Notes: generated by a model from the letters alone, not told the origin. 64,000 nucleotides of DNA from Balanoglossus misakiensis (GCA_040954595.2 CM082592.2:806001-870000), one strand, 5' to 3'; counted from the stretch's first letter, positions 1-11,064 are shown. Translations and numbers: made by a program.

Positions 1-129
1 CTGCAGTACTGCCGGGTAAGCTGACATCGGCGTACCGAATATAATGTAGGGGGGGGGGGGGACAGAACGGTTCAATACTACATTTATTAGATATCAGCTA
101 ATTTTGGACAATCATCTAAAATCTAAATC

Positions 130-1030
130 ATTTTTTCATATTTGGATATCTGATGATGTATGAAATTTCCATTATATGTAAAAATGGTGCTGATTATAAA
201 AAATGCACTCTGAATGAGCTGATTTAATACAAAATTGCGTTTTATTCGTTTTTGCACCAAAAAGGTCATTTTTAGGGAAAACATTCTTTATTCTTTAAAT
301 TCGGTGACCTGATCATATATAAACAATTGCTTGTATGTTAAAAGTTTTAATGACTTTTAAAAGCAGTGACACTGGCGGCATTCAACACGAAAAAAACAAT
401 TTTAGCCACAATTCGGTCAAAATGGTAAATTTTTGAAAATTACAAAAAATACCTGTTTTCTACATTTTCGGAAATCTGATGGAGTATAAAATGCACTTCG
501 TATACATATATCGATACAAATTCCACAAAAAACGGCAAATTTGCCTCACTGCAGACAAAATTGCGTTTTACCAAATTTTCCTTGAAAATGTCATTTTTAG
601 AAGAAAAAAATAAAAAAAACCTTTGTTATTCGAATTTGGTGCCCTGATCATATATGACATGTTGATTGTATGTTAAAACTTTCGACCACTCCAAAAATGC
701 AGAGATATTGACGGAATTCAAGAAAAAATAGCCATTTTGGCCATATTTTGACAAAAATGGTAAATTTTTAAAAAATCATAAAAAATTAACTCTTTTCTTC
801 ATTTTCGGAAATATTATGGAGCATGAAGTGTCGTTCTCTTGTAAAAAGTGCTGCAAATTCCAGAAAAGGCGGTATAATTTGAATCACCCATGACAAAATT
901 ACCATTTTCGACTTTTTTTCGAAAAATTGTGATTTTTACAAAATAAATAAGAATAAATTCTTTTCTTAGTTTCAAAAGGGTAGAGACACTTTCCACACAG
1001 GTTTTTTAACATTGAATTCCCATTCATCAA
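130..1030 (+). repeat. AT-rich domain of the satellite unit: degenerate ~165-bp monomers organised as ~330-bp dimers (example copy)
   Basis: A CTGAT..ATA/ATG..TGT(T)AAAA motif occurs at 150, 309, 476, 644 and 814. CAAAATTGCGTTTT or CAAAATTACCATTTT occurs at 230, 556 and 894. Confidence 0.85.
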
Positions 1031-1031
1031 C

Positions 1032-2720
1032 TCAGATTTCCTACAGCATAAGTCGGCTAAAACCCTGACACTCTAGAGCAGAAACAGTTGCACACTGGTA
1101 AAGTTGAACAAGTCGATTTTTCTACGGCCTGGCTCGGCTAAATCTCCGTCACAATATGACAGACACTAGCGTTCGTTAGCAACGTTGATCAAGTCAGATT
1201 TCCTACGGCATGGCTTGGCTAAAGCCCTGGCACTCTAGAGCAGAAACACGCGTACAGAAACCACGTTGATCTACTCACATTTCCTTCGGCCTGGCACGGC
1301 TGATGCCCCGGCAGTATATATAGGACACAGACTGGCGTAAGTTAACAACGGTAATCACGTCGGGTTTCCTACGGCCTGGCTCAGCTGAAGCCCCGGCACT
1401 CTAGAGCAGAAACAGGCGTATATTGACCACGTTGATCAAATCAGATTCCTACGGCGTGACTCCGCTGGTGCACCGGCTCTATATGACACAGACTGGCGTA
1501 AGTTATCAACGGTGATTACGTCGGATTTCCTACTGCCTGGTTTAGCTCAAGCCCCGGCACTTTAGAGCGGAAACACGCGTACATTGACCACGATGATCAA
1601 GTCAGATCTCCTACGGCTTGGCTCGACTAAAACCCCGGCACACTATGACAGACACTAGCGTTCGTTAGCAACGTTGATCAAGTCAGATTTCCTACGGCAT
1701 GGCTTGGCTAAAGCCCTGGCATTCTAGAGCAGAAACACGCGTACAGAGACCACATTGATCTACTCACATTTCCTTAGGCCTGGCACGGCTGATGCCCCGC
1801 ACTATATATAGGACACAGACTGGCGTAAGTTAACAACGGTAATCACGTCGGGTTTCCTACGGCCTGGCTCAGCTGAAGCCCCGGCACTCTAGAGCAGAAA
1901 CAGGCGTACATTGACCACGTTGATCAAATCAGATTCCTACGGCGTGACTCGGCTGGTGCACCGGCTCTATATGACACAGACTGGCGTAAGTTATCAACGG
2001 TGATTACGTCGGATTTCCTACGGCCTGGTTTAGCTGAAGCCCTGGCACTCTAGAGCAGAAACACTCGTACATTGACCACGATTATCAAGTCAGATCTCCT
2101 ACGGCCTGGCTCGACTAAAACCCCGGCACACCTTGACAGACACTAGCGTTCGTTAGCAACGTTGATCAAGTCAGATTTCCTACGGCATGGCATGGCTAAA
2201 GCCCTGGCACTCTAGAGCAGAAACACGCGTACAGAGACCACGTTGATCTACTGACATTTCCTTTGGCCTGGCACGGCTGATACCCCGGCACTATATATAG
2301 GACACAGACTGGCGTAAGTTAACAACGGTAATCACGTCGGGTTTCCTACGGCCTGGCTCAGCTGAAGCCCCGGCAATCTAGAGCAGAAACAGGCGTACAT
2401 TGACCACGTTGATCAAGTCAGATTTCCTACGGCGTGACTCCACTGGTGCACCGGCTCTATATGACACTGACTGGCGAAAGTTATCAACGGTGATTACGTC
2501 GGATTTCCTACGGCCTGGTTTAGCTGAAGCCCCGGCACTTTAGAGCGGAAACACGCGTACATTGACCACGATGATCAAGTCAGATCTCCTACGGCCTGGC
2601 TCGACTAAAACCCCGGCACACCATGACAGACACTAGCGTTCGTTAGCAACGGTGATCAAGTCGGATTTCCTTCGGCCTGGCTCTGCAAAAGACACGACAC
2701 TCTAGTACAAAGACGTTGGC
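1032..2720 (+). repeat. GC/CpG-rich domain of 81-84-bp subrepeats, expanded here to ~21 copies (a 6-subrepeat ~488-bp block in three copies)
   Basis: GATTTCCTACGGC recurs every 80-84 bp. Two types alternate: CACTCTAGAGCAGAAAC and CACTATGACAGACACTAGCG/ACACAGACTGGCG. Confidence 0.95.
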
Positions 2721-5085
2721 TAAGTCGGGCAAACCGAAGAGGGAAAGTCACAGCAGGTCAACACTCGACATTTGTTCGGGTAGGACTGCATTATTGCCTG
2801 TCAATTTATAGAGAAAGCCCGTATTTAACCAGGGCGTTTCAAACACCGACGATAGTTGGGGGCACGGCCTGCAGTACTGCCGGGTATGCTGACATCGGCG
2901 TACCGCATATAATATAGGGGGGGGGGAACAGAACGGTTCAATACTACATTTATTAGATATCAGCTAATTTTGGACAATCATCTAAAATCTAAATCATTTT
3001 TTCATATTTGGATATCAGATGATGTATGAAATTTCCATCATATGTAAAAATGGTGCTGATTATAAAAAATGCACTCTGAATGAGCTGATTTAATACAAAA
3101 TTGCGTTTTATTCGTTTTTGCACCAAAAAGGTCATTTTTAGGCAAAACATTCTTTCTTAATTTTTTTAATTCGGTGACCTGATCATATATAAACAATTGC
3201 TTGTATGTTAAAAGTTTTTATGACTTTTAAAAGCAGTGACACTGGCAGCATTCAACACGAAAATAACAATTTTAGCCACAATTTGGTCAAAATGGTAAAT
3301 TTTTGAAAATTACAAAAAATACCTGTTTTCTACATTTTCGGAAATCTGATGGAGTATAGAATGCTCTTCGTATGTATATATCGATACAAATTCCACAAAA
3401 GACAGTCTAATATGGCTCACTGCAGACAAAATTGCGTTTTACCAAATTTTCCTTGAAAATGTCATTTTTAGAAAAAAAATAAAAAAACCTTTGTTCTTCG
3501 AATTTGGTGCCCTGATCATATACGACATGTTGATTGTATGTTAAAACTTTCGACCACTCCAAAAATGCAGAGATATTGACAGAATTCAAGAAAAAATAGC
3601 CATTTTGGCCATATTTTGACAAAAATGGTAAATTTTTAAAAATCATAAAAAATTAACTCTTTTCTTCATTTTCGGAAATATTATGGAGCATGAAGTGTCG
3701 TTCTCTTGTAAAAAGTGCTGCAAATTCCAGAAAAGGCGGTATAATTTGAATCACCCAAGACAAAATTACCATTTTCGACTTTTTTTCGAAAAATTGTCTT
3801 TTTTACAAAATAAATAAGAATAAATTCTTTTCTTAGTTTCAAACGGGTAGAGATACTTTCCACACGGGTTTTCTAACATTGACTTCCCGTTCATCAACTC
3901 AGATTTCCTACAGCATAAGTCGGCTAAAAACCCTGACACTCTAGAGCAGAAACAGTTGCACACTGGTAACGTTGAACAAGTCGATTTTTCTACGGCCTGG
4001 CTCGGCTAAATCTCCGTCACAATATGACAGACACTAGCGCACGTTAGCAACGGTGATCAAGTCAGATTTTCTACGGCATGGCTGGGATAAAGCCCCGGCA
4101 CTCTGGAGCAGAAACACGCGTACAGAGACCACGTTGATCAAGTCTGATCTCCTACGGCTTGGCTCGACTAAAACCCCGGCACACTATGACAGACACTAGC
4201 GTTCGTTAGCAACGTTGATCAAGTCAGATTTCCTACGGCATGGCTTGGCTAAAGCCCCGGCACTCTAGAGCAGAAACACGCGTACAGAAACCACGTTGAT
4301 CAAGTCTGATATCCTACGGCTTGGCTCGACTAAAACCCCGGCACACTATGACAGACACTAGCGTTCGTTAGCAACGTTGATCAAGTCAGATTTCCTACGG
4401 CATGGCTTGGCTAAAGCCCTGGCACTCTAGAGCAGAAACACGCGTACAGAGACCACGTTGATCTACTCGGATTTCCTTCGGCCTGGCTCTGCAAAAGACC
4501 CGACACTCTAGTACAAAGACGTTGGCTAAGTCGGGCAAACCGAAGAGGGAAAGTCACAGCGGGTCAACACTCGACATTTGTTTGGGTAGGACTGCATTAT
4601 TGCCTGTCAATTTATAGAGAAAGCCCGAATTTAACCAGGGCGTTTCAAACACCAACGTTAGTTTGGGGCACGGCCTGCAGTACTGCGGGGTAAGCTGACA
4701 TCGGCGTACCGCATATAATGTAGGGGGGAAACAGAACGGTTCAATACTACGTTTATTAGATATCAGCTAATTTTGGACAATCATCTAAAATCTAAATCAT
4801 TTTTTCATATTTGGATATCTGATGATGTATGAAATTTCCATCATATGTAAAAATGGTGCTGATTATAAAAAATGCGCTCTGAATGAGCTGATTTAATACA
4901 AAATTGCGTTTTATTCGTTTTTGCACCAAAAAGGTCATTTTTAGGCAAAACATTCTTTATTTCTTTTAATTCGGTGACCTGATCATATATAAACAATTGC
5001 TTGTATGTTTAAAGTTTTTATGACTTTTAAAAGCAGTGACACTGGCGGCATTCAACACGAAAATAACAATTTTAGCCACAATTTG

Positions 5086-5421
5086 TATGGAGAAGTGAGA
5101 GATTTACTCCAGAAGGATCACGTGACGGAAACTCTTACCCTATCAGAGTTGACTTTGTTTCCCGCCAAACTTTATACTTGTAGCAGATTTATTGTAATTT
5201 TTGAGTGTTTGCTCCGGCGTTCGTGGGACTTATATATAACCCAGTTTTGGCGATTTCGGGCAGCTTTTTGTAAGGAGCTCTGTGGTGTTACTTTGTTGTT
5301 GGATTCAGATGGTAATAAACCAGTGTTTTACCTAGCACTGAATCGTTCGCTTCTTTTCCGACGTCAGTATACTCGAACCCCCTCCCGGGAGTATTGATCA
5401 CTGCCACGATACTTCCCCACA
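5086..5421 (+). repeat. 5' LTR of family A
   Basis: Direct repeat of 11237-11572 with 3 substitutions seen. Termini TATGGAGAAGT...ACTTCCCCACA form an imperfect inverted repeat. TATATAA at ~5233, AATAAA at 5314. Confidence 0.93.
5118..5239 (+). promoter_or_regulatory. Putative LTR U3 promoter: E-box TCACGTGAC (5118), E2F-type TTTCCCGCCAAA (5158-5169), TATA box (5231-5239)
   Basis: Motifs read directly from the sequence, in plausible order upstream of the poly(A) signal. Function is inferred. Confidence 0.55.
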
Positions 5422-5425
5422 TTTT

Positions 5426-5443
5426 TGGTGCCGAGACCAGGAT
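5426..5443 (+). promoter_or_regulatory. Primer binding site, most likely tRNA-His
   Basis: TGGTGCCGAGACCAGGAT starts 4 nt after the LTR. It is close to the complement of the invertebrate tRNA-His 3' end as recalled (TGGTGCCGTGACCAGGAT). tRNA-Phe matches less well. Confidence 0.75.
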
Positions 5444-5454
5444 AATCGAGCAAG

Positions 5455-8400
5455 ATGTCGGAACAAGAACACATCGCGCCACAAGATGGACAACAAGAGG
5501 ATCAGCCAACAGCGTTGACAAAACTGAAGAGATCGCGTCGTGGTCAACGCGCACAAGTGACCCGACTGTTCAACCGGGCCGACACCCTCATGAACAATTT
5601 CGTAGACGTCGGTATAGACAAGCCGACTACACTCGACACGCTGGAAGGGCTGAACGAACAACTTTCGAACAAGATCCGTCTACTCGCCGACCTCGAGGTG
5701 AGAATCCTCGATCTAATTGACGATGAACACTTTGACGAAGAAAATGAAACTTCAGGCGACTACCAGGCCGAAATCTTCGAACACAATCATCGCATCGCAT
5801 CTTTCATCAAGAAAAACAAATCGGAGATGCGGACAACTACTACTAGTACTGGTAATGTAACGGGAAGCAGCCTCGGCAACGCGACGCCTCGTAAAACAGT
5901 AACTCTACCGAAACTCCAGCTGCAAACTTTCTCAGGCAATGTAATAGAATGGTCGAGTTTCTTCGATGTATTCAAGTCTTCGATACCTTCGGACACTAAT
6001 TTGGACAACATTCAGAAGTTTACGTATTTGCGGAGTGTACTCAAAGATGAAGCAGCGAGAACAATCAACGGATTGCCACTCACGCACGCGATTGACTTAT
6101 TGACCGAAAGATACGGACAAACCCATCTCATAGTAGATGCTCATATGACCGCGTTGTGGAATCTACAAAGCCCAACCGCCGACGTACAAAGTTTAAGGCA
6201 TTTCTACGACTCGATTGAAAATCACGTTCGAGGTCTTCAGTCGCTGGGTAAGGAGGAAACCACATACGGCGAACTTTTGGTTCCAATAATACGGGAGAAA
6301 TTACCTCCTAACATTCGAGAGCAGATAGCAAGAAAACATGGTAATGCTGCGTGGACATTAGCACATCTACGAAAAGCCATTCAACACGAGATAAACGCCC
6401 TTCAAGCCGGCAACCGGGTCGACGAGATAACAATGGCCACTACCAGAGAACCGGAAATAACCGCGTTTAACACGAAAACGCAGATGACAGGTAAACAGAA
6501 GTTTCGCGCCCCTGTCAAAACGTGCCCGTTCTGCAAAGGGTCACACTTCGCGTCAAATTGCGCTGTGGTAACTGATACGCGCGAGAGACTGGACATTGTG
6601 AAGAAGGACAGACTATGTTTTAATTGCTTTGGAAAACATAGAGTTGCGGAGTGTAAATCAAAATACTCCTGCAGAAAGTGTAGGAAACGTCATCACTCTG
6701 CGCTACACTACGACGTTCCCACCGCTACAACGACGCCAACCGGAGCGTCGTCCTCGCCATCGCCATCATCAAGTACTTCTGATGTCAAAGTAACATTGAC
6801 TAATACCGATACATTTACGGATAAGAAGATAAACACTGGGCCAGTGCTGCTGAAAACTGCGTTTGTACCACTGTCTGTCGGACGGGGAACCCCCATACAT
6901 GCCGTCATCCTGTTTGATGAAGGAGCAAATAAGACATTCGTCACTGAGAGATTCGCCCGTCAGCTGTCCGCGAAAGCTACGCGGCACGAACACATAATGT
7001 TATCGACCTTCGGTGGCAAGGATTCCAAAGTACGCACCATGGGATTCACCGAACTAACTGCTCATGAACTGAACGGGAATACTTCAACTATTCACGCGAT
7101 GATAATTCCAGAGATATCGTCGGACTTAACAAATCACATTTCTCAGGAAGTCCACAATATGAGCCACCTTAAAGGGCTACCATTCGCACATCCAGTTTCG
7201 ACAGATCAGTCGTGGCCAATTGATGTTCTAATCGGAGCCGACCAATATTGGAATTTCGTGGGCTCACACGTTATTTCTGGCGCGTCCGGCCCCACTGCTG
7301 TGTCATCCAAATTTGGATACTTACTCTCCGGACCCCTCGGAACTCCCAAAGTGGATTCTAATGCGCATATCTTACACGTGATTTCTACTGCTGATACCAG
7401 TAACGTAGTTTCAGAGAACTCTATCAACGGACTGCATGGAGATCGCGCAACGGACATGTATACACCGATGGATAGTACTGCGATCGGCCGAGAACCACAG
7501 GTCCAAAATATGTGGGACCTTGAATTGATCGGTATTCAGGACAATCCAACAGTTGATGAACAGTTGACGTACGAGTCTTACAGAGACACGCACTTGAGAG
7601 TTGACCGAGGAAAATACGTAGCTAAACTACCGTGGAAGGAAGATCACCCTCCACTACCCACCAACTACGATGTCGCCATGAAACGCACGCGTAATATGAT
7701 ACGCAGGTTACCCTCTGAACTCATCAAGAAATATGACGACATAATCAATGAACAGAGACGTCGCGACTTCATCGGAGAGGTTGATGAAGATGACGTGAAT
7801 ATCGGACACTATTTGCCACATCGTCCGGTGGTTAAGAATTCGACCACAACACCCATTCGCATCGTTTATGATTGCTCTTGTAAGAAGGATTCTAATTATC
7901 CAAGTTTGAATGATTGCTTGCAAACTGGACCGTCATTAATAAATGACCTGCCAGCGATTCTGCTGAGATTCCGCGCCAATAACATTGCTTTCACAGCTGA
8001 CATTGAGAAAGCATTCCTGAACATTCGGTTGGAAGAAGGTGAGAGGAAATTCACGAAATTTCTGTGGCTGTCGGACATTAACGACCCAGAAAGTGACTTC
8101 ATAACTTTGCAGTTTAAGTCTGTCTTGTTTGGAGCAGTCTGTTCCCCATTCATCCTCAATGCGGTTATCAAGACGCATTTAGAGAACAATAGTCAACTTC
8201 CCACCGCTGACAGATTGGGAAATAATATCTATGTGGATAATGTGATCGATGGAGTTGATACTGCAGAAAACGCCATGAAATACTACCATGAAGCCAATGA
8301 GTTGATGACATCAGGCGGATTCAAACTCAGAGCATGGTCTTCCAACTGTCAACAAATAAACGAACTCGCTACATGTGACAATCTGAACGAACCCACCGAA

Positions 8401-9525
8401 GATGTATCCGTTTTGGGAATGCAGTGGTCAACAAAATCTGACGAATTGACTTACTCCAAAGTGGTTAATATGTCGTCGCGTGCCGAACTCGTGACCAAAC
8501 GTGACATTGTCAGCTATGTGGCGATGCTATTTGATCCGTTTGGATTTCTCGCCCCTGTAATGATCAAAGCCAAATTGTTCATTCAGTTACTATGGAAACT
8601 GGAATTAGACTGGGATGAACCTATCAACGCAGATCTCTACACTCAATGGATGCACACCGCAGAAGATCTCAAAGACTCGCGAAACACGAAGATCGAACGA
8701 CAATATTTTGATGAACTTGAAGGCGACAATGAATGCGAGCTACACGCCTTTGCAGACGCAAGCCAGAGAGCGTATGGGGCAGTAGTGTATTTGAAAAGAG
8801 GACAGCAAACGTCGTTTGTGATGGCGAAGACTAGAACCGCACCAGTGGCTGAAACTACACTCCCGCGACTGGAATTGATGGCTGCGTTAATAGCCACACG
8901 TCTCAGCAAGTACGCTAAAGAAGCCCTGTCCTCCAAATATGACATAGTTCGTTGTTATTTATGGAGTGACAGCCAAATTGTCCTTCACTGGCTGAACAGT
9001 GAGAAGAGACTTCCGGTGTTTGTGAAGAATCGAGTAGATGAAATTCGCGAATTTCAGTCCACAAAGAAGTACTGCCCATCAGAACACAACCCAGCTGATC
9101 TTTTAACCAGAGGGGTAACCTACGAAATGATGGAACGCTCTGAACTATGGCGTAATGGACCAACATGGCTAAAGACAAGCGATTGGCCTAGTTGCCCAGC
9201 GTTTGATGTTAATGTGATGCATACCGCAATCGAACCAGATGAGACGGACAGATTGCCGCCGCGTTTCGGCAACGGAATCAACGATCAGTCTACCGAGAAC
9301 GCAGAAATACTCGCTCCCCCCAAAGCCAGACGATGTACAGATCGCGAAAATCTGAAAATTACCAGTCCCAATGACTACGGAATTCAACACGTTGTTGACA
9401 TTTCCAGATTCAACAACTTAGATAGGCTTTTACGAGTGACAAGTTATGTCCTCAGATTCATCGCACGGATGAAAAAATCTACCGAGGTGAAACACGGGAG
9501 AATTACCCCTGATGAGCTGCACTGA
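5455..9525 (+). CDS. BEL/Pao gag-pol polyprotein, part 1 (gag DUF1759-like, three Zn knuckles, aspartic protease, RT, RNase H)
   Basis: Gag: LPKLQLQTFSG. Knuckles: CPFCKGSHFASNC, CFNCFGKHRVAEC, CRKCRKRHHSALH. Protease: LFDEGA. RT: ADIEKAF, YVDN. RNase H: FADAS, LPRLEL, WSDSQI, NPADLLTRG. Ends at an in-frame TGA. Confidence 0.95.
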   Translation: MSEQEHIAPQDGQQEDQPTALTKLKRSRRGQRAQVTRLFNRADTLMNNFVDVGIDKPTTLDTLEGLNEQLSNKIRLLADLEVRILDLIDDEHFDEENETSGDYQAEIFEHNHRIASFIKKNKSEMRTTTTSTGNVTGSSLGNATPRKTVTLPKLQLQTFSGNVIEWSSFFDVFKSSIPSDTNLDNIQKFTYLRSVLKDEAARTINGLPLTHAIDLLTERYGQTHLIVDAHMTALWNLQSPTADVQSLRHFYDSIENHVRGLQSLGKEETTYGELLVPIIREKLPPNIREQIARKHGNAAWTLAHLRKAIQHEINALQAGNRVDEITMATTREPEITAFNTKTQMTGKQKFRAPVKTCPFCKGSHFASNCAVVTDTRERLDIVKKDRLCFNCFGKHRVAECKSKYSCRKCRKRHHSALHYDVPTATTTPTGASSSPSPSSSTSDVKVTLTNTDTFTDKKINTGPVLLKTAFVPLSVGRGTPIHAVILFDEGANKTFVTERFARQLSAKATRHEHIMLSTFGGKDSKVRTMGFTELTAHELNGNTSTIHAMIIPEISSDLTNHISQEVHNMSHLKGLPFAHPVSTDQSWPIDVLIGADQYWNFVGSHVISGASGPTAVSSKFGYLLSGPLGTPKVDSNAHILHVISTADTSNVVSENSINGLHGDRATDMYTPMDSTAIGREPQVQNMWDLELIGIQDNPTVDEQLTYESYRDTHLRVDRGKYVAKLPWKEDHPPLPTNYDVAMKRTRNMIRRLPSELIKKYDDIINEQRRRDFIGEVDEDDVNIGHYLPHRPVVKNSTTTPIRIVYDCSCKKDSNYPSLNDCLQTGPSLINDLPAILLRFRANNIAFTADIEKAFLNIRLEEGERKFTKFLWLSDINDPESDFITLQFKSVLFGAVCSPFILNAVIKTHLENNSQLPTADRLGNNIYVDNVIDGVDTAENAMKYYHEANELMTSGGFKLRAWSSNCQQINELATCDNLNEPTEDVSVLGMQWSTKSDELTYSKVVNMSSRAELVTKRDIVSYVAMLFDPFGFLAPVMIKAKLFIQLLWKLELDWDEPINADLYTQWMHTAEDLKDSRNTKIERQYFDELEGDNECELHAFADASQRAYGAVVYLKRGQQTSFVMAKTRTAPVAETTLPRLELMAALIATRLSKYAKEALSSKYDIVRCYLWSDSQIVLHWLNSEKRLPVFVKNRVDEIREFQSTKKYCPSEHNPADLLTRGVTYEMMERSELWRNGPTWLKTSDWPSCPAFDVNVMHTAIEPDETDRLPPRFGNGINDQSTENAEILAPPKARRCTDRENLKITSPNDYGIQHVVDISRFNNLDRLLRVTSYVLRFIARMKKSTEVKHGRITPDELH

Positions 9526-11064
9526 GCGGAAAATATGTGGGTTAAACATATTCAACGGCAGTTCTATGACGCCGAAATCCAGTCTGTGAAATTGAACTTG
9601 AGTAAATGTGCGCCCATTGTTCGACAATTGAACTTATTTGTTGACGAAGAAGACGTACTTCGCTGTGGGAGTAGAATCCATAACGCGCCGATCAATTTCG
9701 TCACAAGATTTCCCGCCTTGATACCCTCGCATCATAAATTGACAAATTTGATAATACGGAAATCACACGAACTGACGCTTCACCAGGGAGTCCAATCTAC
9801 AGTGACACAGATAAGGCAAAGATATTGGATCCCCAAAATTCAGATTATTGTACGCGGTGTCTTACGTGGTTGTGTCATTTGCAACAAAGTTACCGGGAAA
9901 CCTTACGCGAATCCAGTGCAAGCGCCGCTACCAAGTTATCGAGTGAACATTGTCCCAGCATTTACTGTAACAGGCGTGGATTTCACGGGTCATCTTTATA
10001 CCAAGGCCAAAGATGGGACACGTGCCAAAGCCTATATCTGTTTATTCACCTGTGCGGTGACGCGTGCCATTCACCTAGAACTGGTTCCTGATATGTCAAC
10101 CCAGACGTTCATGCACGCGTTCAGAAGATTCGCCGCGAGACGTTCTTTGCCGAGTAGGATGCTGTCAGACAACGCATCGACTTATTTATCGGCTGCCAAT
10201 GAAATCAAAACACTGTTTGATACGCCAGAAGTAAATGACTTTCTCGCCGCACATCGTGTACAATGGACGTTTATACCGAAGCGCGCGCCCTGGTTTGGTG
10301 GCTTCTGGGAGAGGCTGATTGCTTTGACAAAGAACGCTATTAGGAAAACTCTCGGTCGAGCTTACCTAACCTTTGATGAACTCGCAACAGTTGTGACTGA
10401 AATTGAAGCCGTTTTAAACGACAGGCCGTTAACGTACGTGTCATCCAGTATAAACGACAACATTGGATTGACCCCAAATCACTTGCTACATGGCAGGACA
10501 CTGACATCATTGCCGTACATCGAGATCACCGACGAAGAGGTGATTGACCCATCTTACTGTGATAATCGTGAAATCAACAAAAGATATGAACATCTATCAA
10601 GATCACACGATCAATTTTGGCGAAGATGGTCGTCCGAGTATCTGACTGCCCTACGTGAACGACATCCCACCAAAGGAACTCGTGATAATGTCATCAAGGT
10701 CGGAGATGTCGTGATAATACACAGTGACACTGACAAACGTCCGAAATGGCATTTAGGAACTGTAACAAGGTTGATCTTCGGTAATGATAAACTGGTACGA
10801 TCTGCGGAGTTGAACACCGCAGGTGGTCCTACAAACCGACCTATCCATAAATTGTACCCATTGGAAGTTGTCTCCAAGGAGCTGTCAACTGTGTCTGGAG
10901 ATAATACAGGTATTGGAGCAGATTCCAACACGAATACTGAAACAGTCGACACAGCTGGAGCCTCTGAAGATTCCTCGGTGAAGGCGGATGTTGTACCCCC
11001 GAGACGACCTGTCAGAGACTCTGCAGTTGCCGCTCGAGTACGACTAGCGGATCTCTCTATTTGA
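9526..11064 (+). CDS. BEL/Pao integrase, same frame as the upstream polyprotein, after the premature TGA at 9523-9525
   Basis: HHCC zinc finger (H..LH..CVIC) and catalytic core GVDFTG / SDNAST / PWFGGFWE. Followed by FWRRWSSEYL and RPIHKLYPLE. Confidence 0.93.
   Translation, partial: AENMWVKHIQRQFYDAEIQSVKLNLSKCAPIVRQLNLFVDEEDVLRCGSRIHNAPINFVTRFPALIPSHHKLTNLIIRKSHELTLHQGVQSTVTQIRQRYWIPKIQIIVRGVLRGCVICNKVTGKPYANPVQAPLPSYRVNIVPAFTVTGVDFTGHLYTKAKDGTRAKAYICLFTCAVTRAIHLELVPDMSTQTFMHAFRRFAARRSLPSRMLSDNASTYLSAANEIKTLFDTPEVNDFLAAHRVQWTFIPKRAPWFGGFWERLIALTKNAIRKTLGRAYLTFDELATVVTEIEAVLNDRPLTYVSSSINDNIGLTPNHLLHGRTLTSLPYIEITDEEVIDPSYCDNREINKRYEHLSRSHDQFWRRWSSEYLTALRERHPTKGTRDNVIKVGDVVIIHSDTDKRPKWHLGTVTRLIFGNDKLVRSAELNTAGGPTNRPIHKLYPLEVVSKELSTVSGDNTGIGADSNTNTETVDTAGASEDSSVKADVVPPRRPVRDSAVAARVRLADLSI

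Larger units (their letters stand above)
1..5085 (+). repeat. Complex ~2.05-kb satellite array, block 1 (poly-G orientation)
   Basis: Landmarks recur: poly-G at 49, 2917 and 4723, each followed by the same AT-rich domain. Unit lengths differ only in the number of 81-bp subrepeats. Confidence 0.97.

Noticed and set aside
10-110. Spliced-leader RNA gene (G|GTAAG donor followed by Sm-like AATTTTGGA)
   Set aside because: The upstream sequence is GC-rich and unlike known leaders, a variable poly-G lies between the two motifs, and no 3' stem-loop is evident. Finding this sequence on mRNA 5' ends would revive the idea.
1032-2720. 81-84-bp repeats as a CRISPR array, or as a coding repeat such as C2H2 zinc fingers
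   Set aside because: There are no unique spacers or cas genes. No long ORF spans the repeats and there is no TGEKPY-like linker.
5084-5085. Canonical TG start for the 5' LTR
   Set aside because: The TG belongs to the satellite consensus CAATTTG, and the 3' LTR has AA of the PPT at these positions.
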